64,000 nt of DNA. Origin: Lama guanicoe (lineage: Eukaryota). Shown piece by piece: positions 63,741 to 64,000 of the stretch (position 1 is the stretch's first letter; each line of letters opens with the position of its first letter). The DNA lies in contig MU053629.1 of the NCBI GenBank assembly GCA_013239625.1, positions 2,445,567 through 2,509,566 on the forward strand, in the 5' to 3' direction. The position numbers and the translations under genes are program-made. The notes beneath the pieces are model-generated. The model searched no databases. It worked only from the letters and a program-made list of their open reading frames with translations, and was not told where the DNA came from.

Positions 63741-64000
63741 CTAAATTGGAAAGATGAGAAGAAAACATGACAGTGCTAAGACAATAACAATAAAGGTACA
63801 CTACTTCACACACTTCTAAGGTATTTTTATGATTAAACTCATGAAGCATTTAGGAGTAAATGGTTAAAACTCGTGCAAATGAGAGACTAAGATTTTATTT
63901 ATTTATTTTTTAATTTCTCTTTTTTATTGAAGTACAGTCGAGTTACAAGGTTTTGTTTTATATTTAATTTCAATTGCTTTAAATTTAAAGAGCCGCATGT

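Overview
Mammalian genomic DNA, most likely a camelid, judged from about ten copies of a tRNA-Ala-derived SINE resembling the camelid Vic-1 family. It contains three spliced protein-coding genes in the order known from human 15q22. (1) ANKDD1A, last nine coding exons (+, 621-13744): one ankyrin repeat per 99-nt exon, then a death domain. (2) SPG21/maspardin, complete (-; CDS 40282->25527, 308 aa in 8 coding exons; non-coding exon 1 and CpG-island promoter near 44.0-44.65 kb). (3) MTFMT, exons 2-9 (-, 63740->50291; exon 1 lies beyond the window). All exon boundaries were read by eye at GT/AG sites and join in frame. The ~10 kb between the convergent ANKDD1A and SPG21 3' ends is almost entirely nested, rearranged, minus-strand LINE-1. 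I found no convincing wholly new biological system. The best leads are a CaaX (CTAM) prenylation signal at the ANKDD1A C-terminus, a cluster of MiT/TFE E-boxes, an RFX X-box and a DR5 RARE at the SPG21 promoter, a CpG-dense patch over the SPG21 stop codon and 3'UTR, a stop-gain trimming the MTFMT C-terminus, and several retrotransposition oddities. Gene names come from recognising translated exons from memory; no database search was run.
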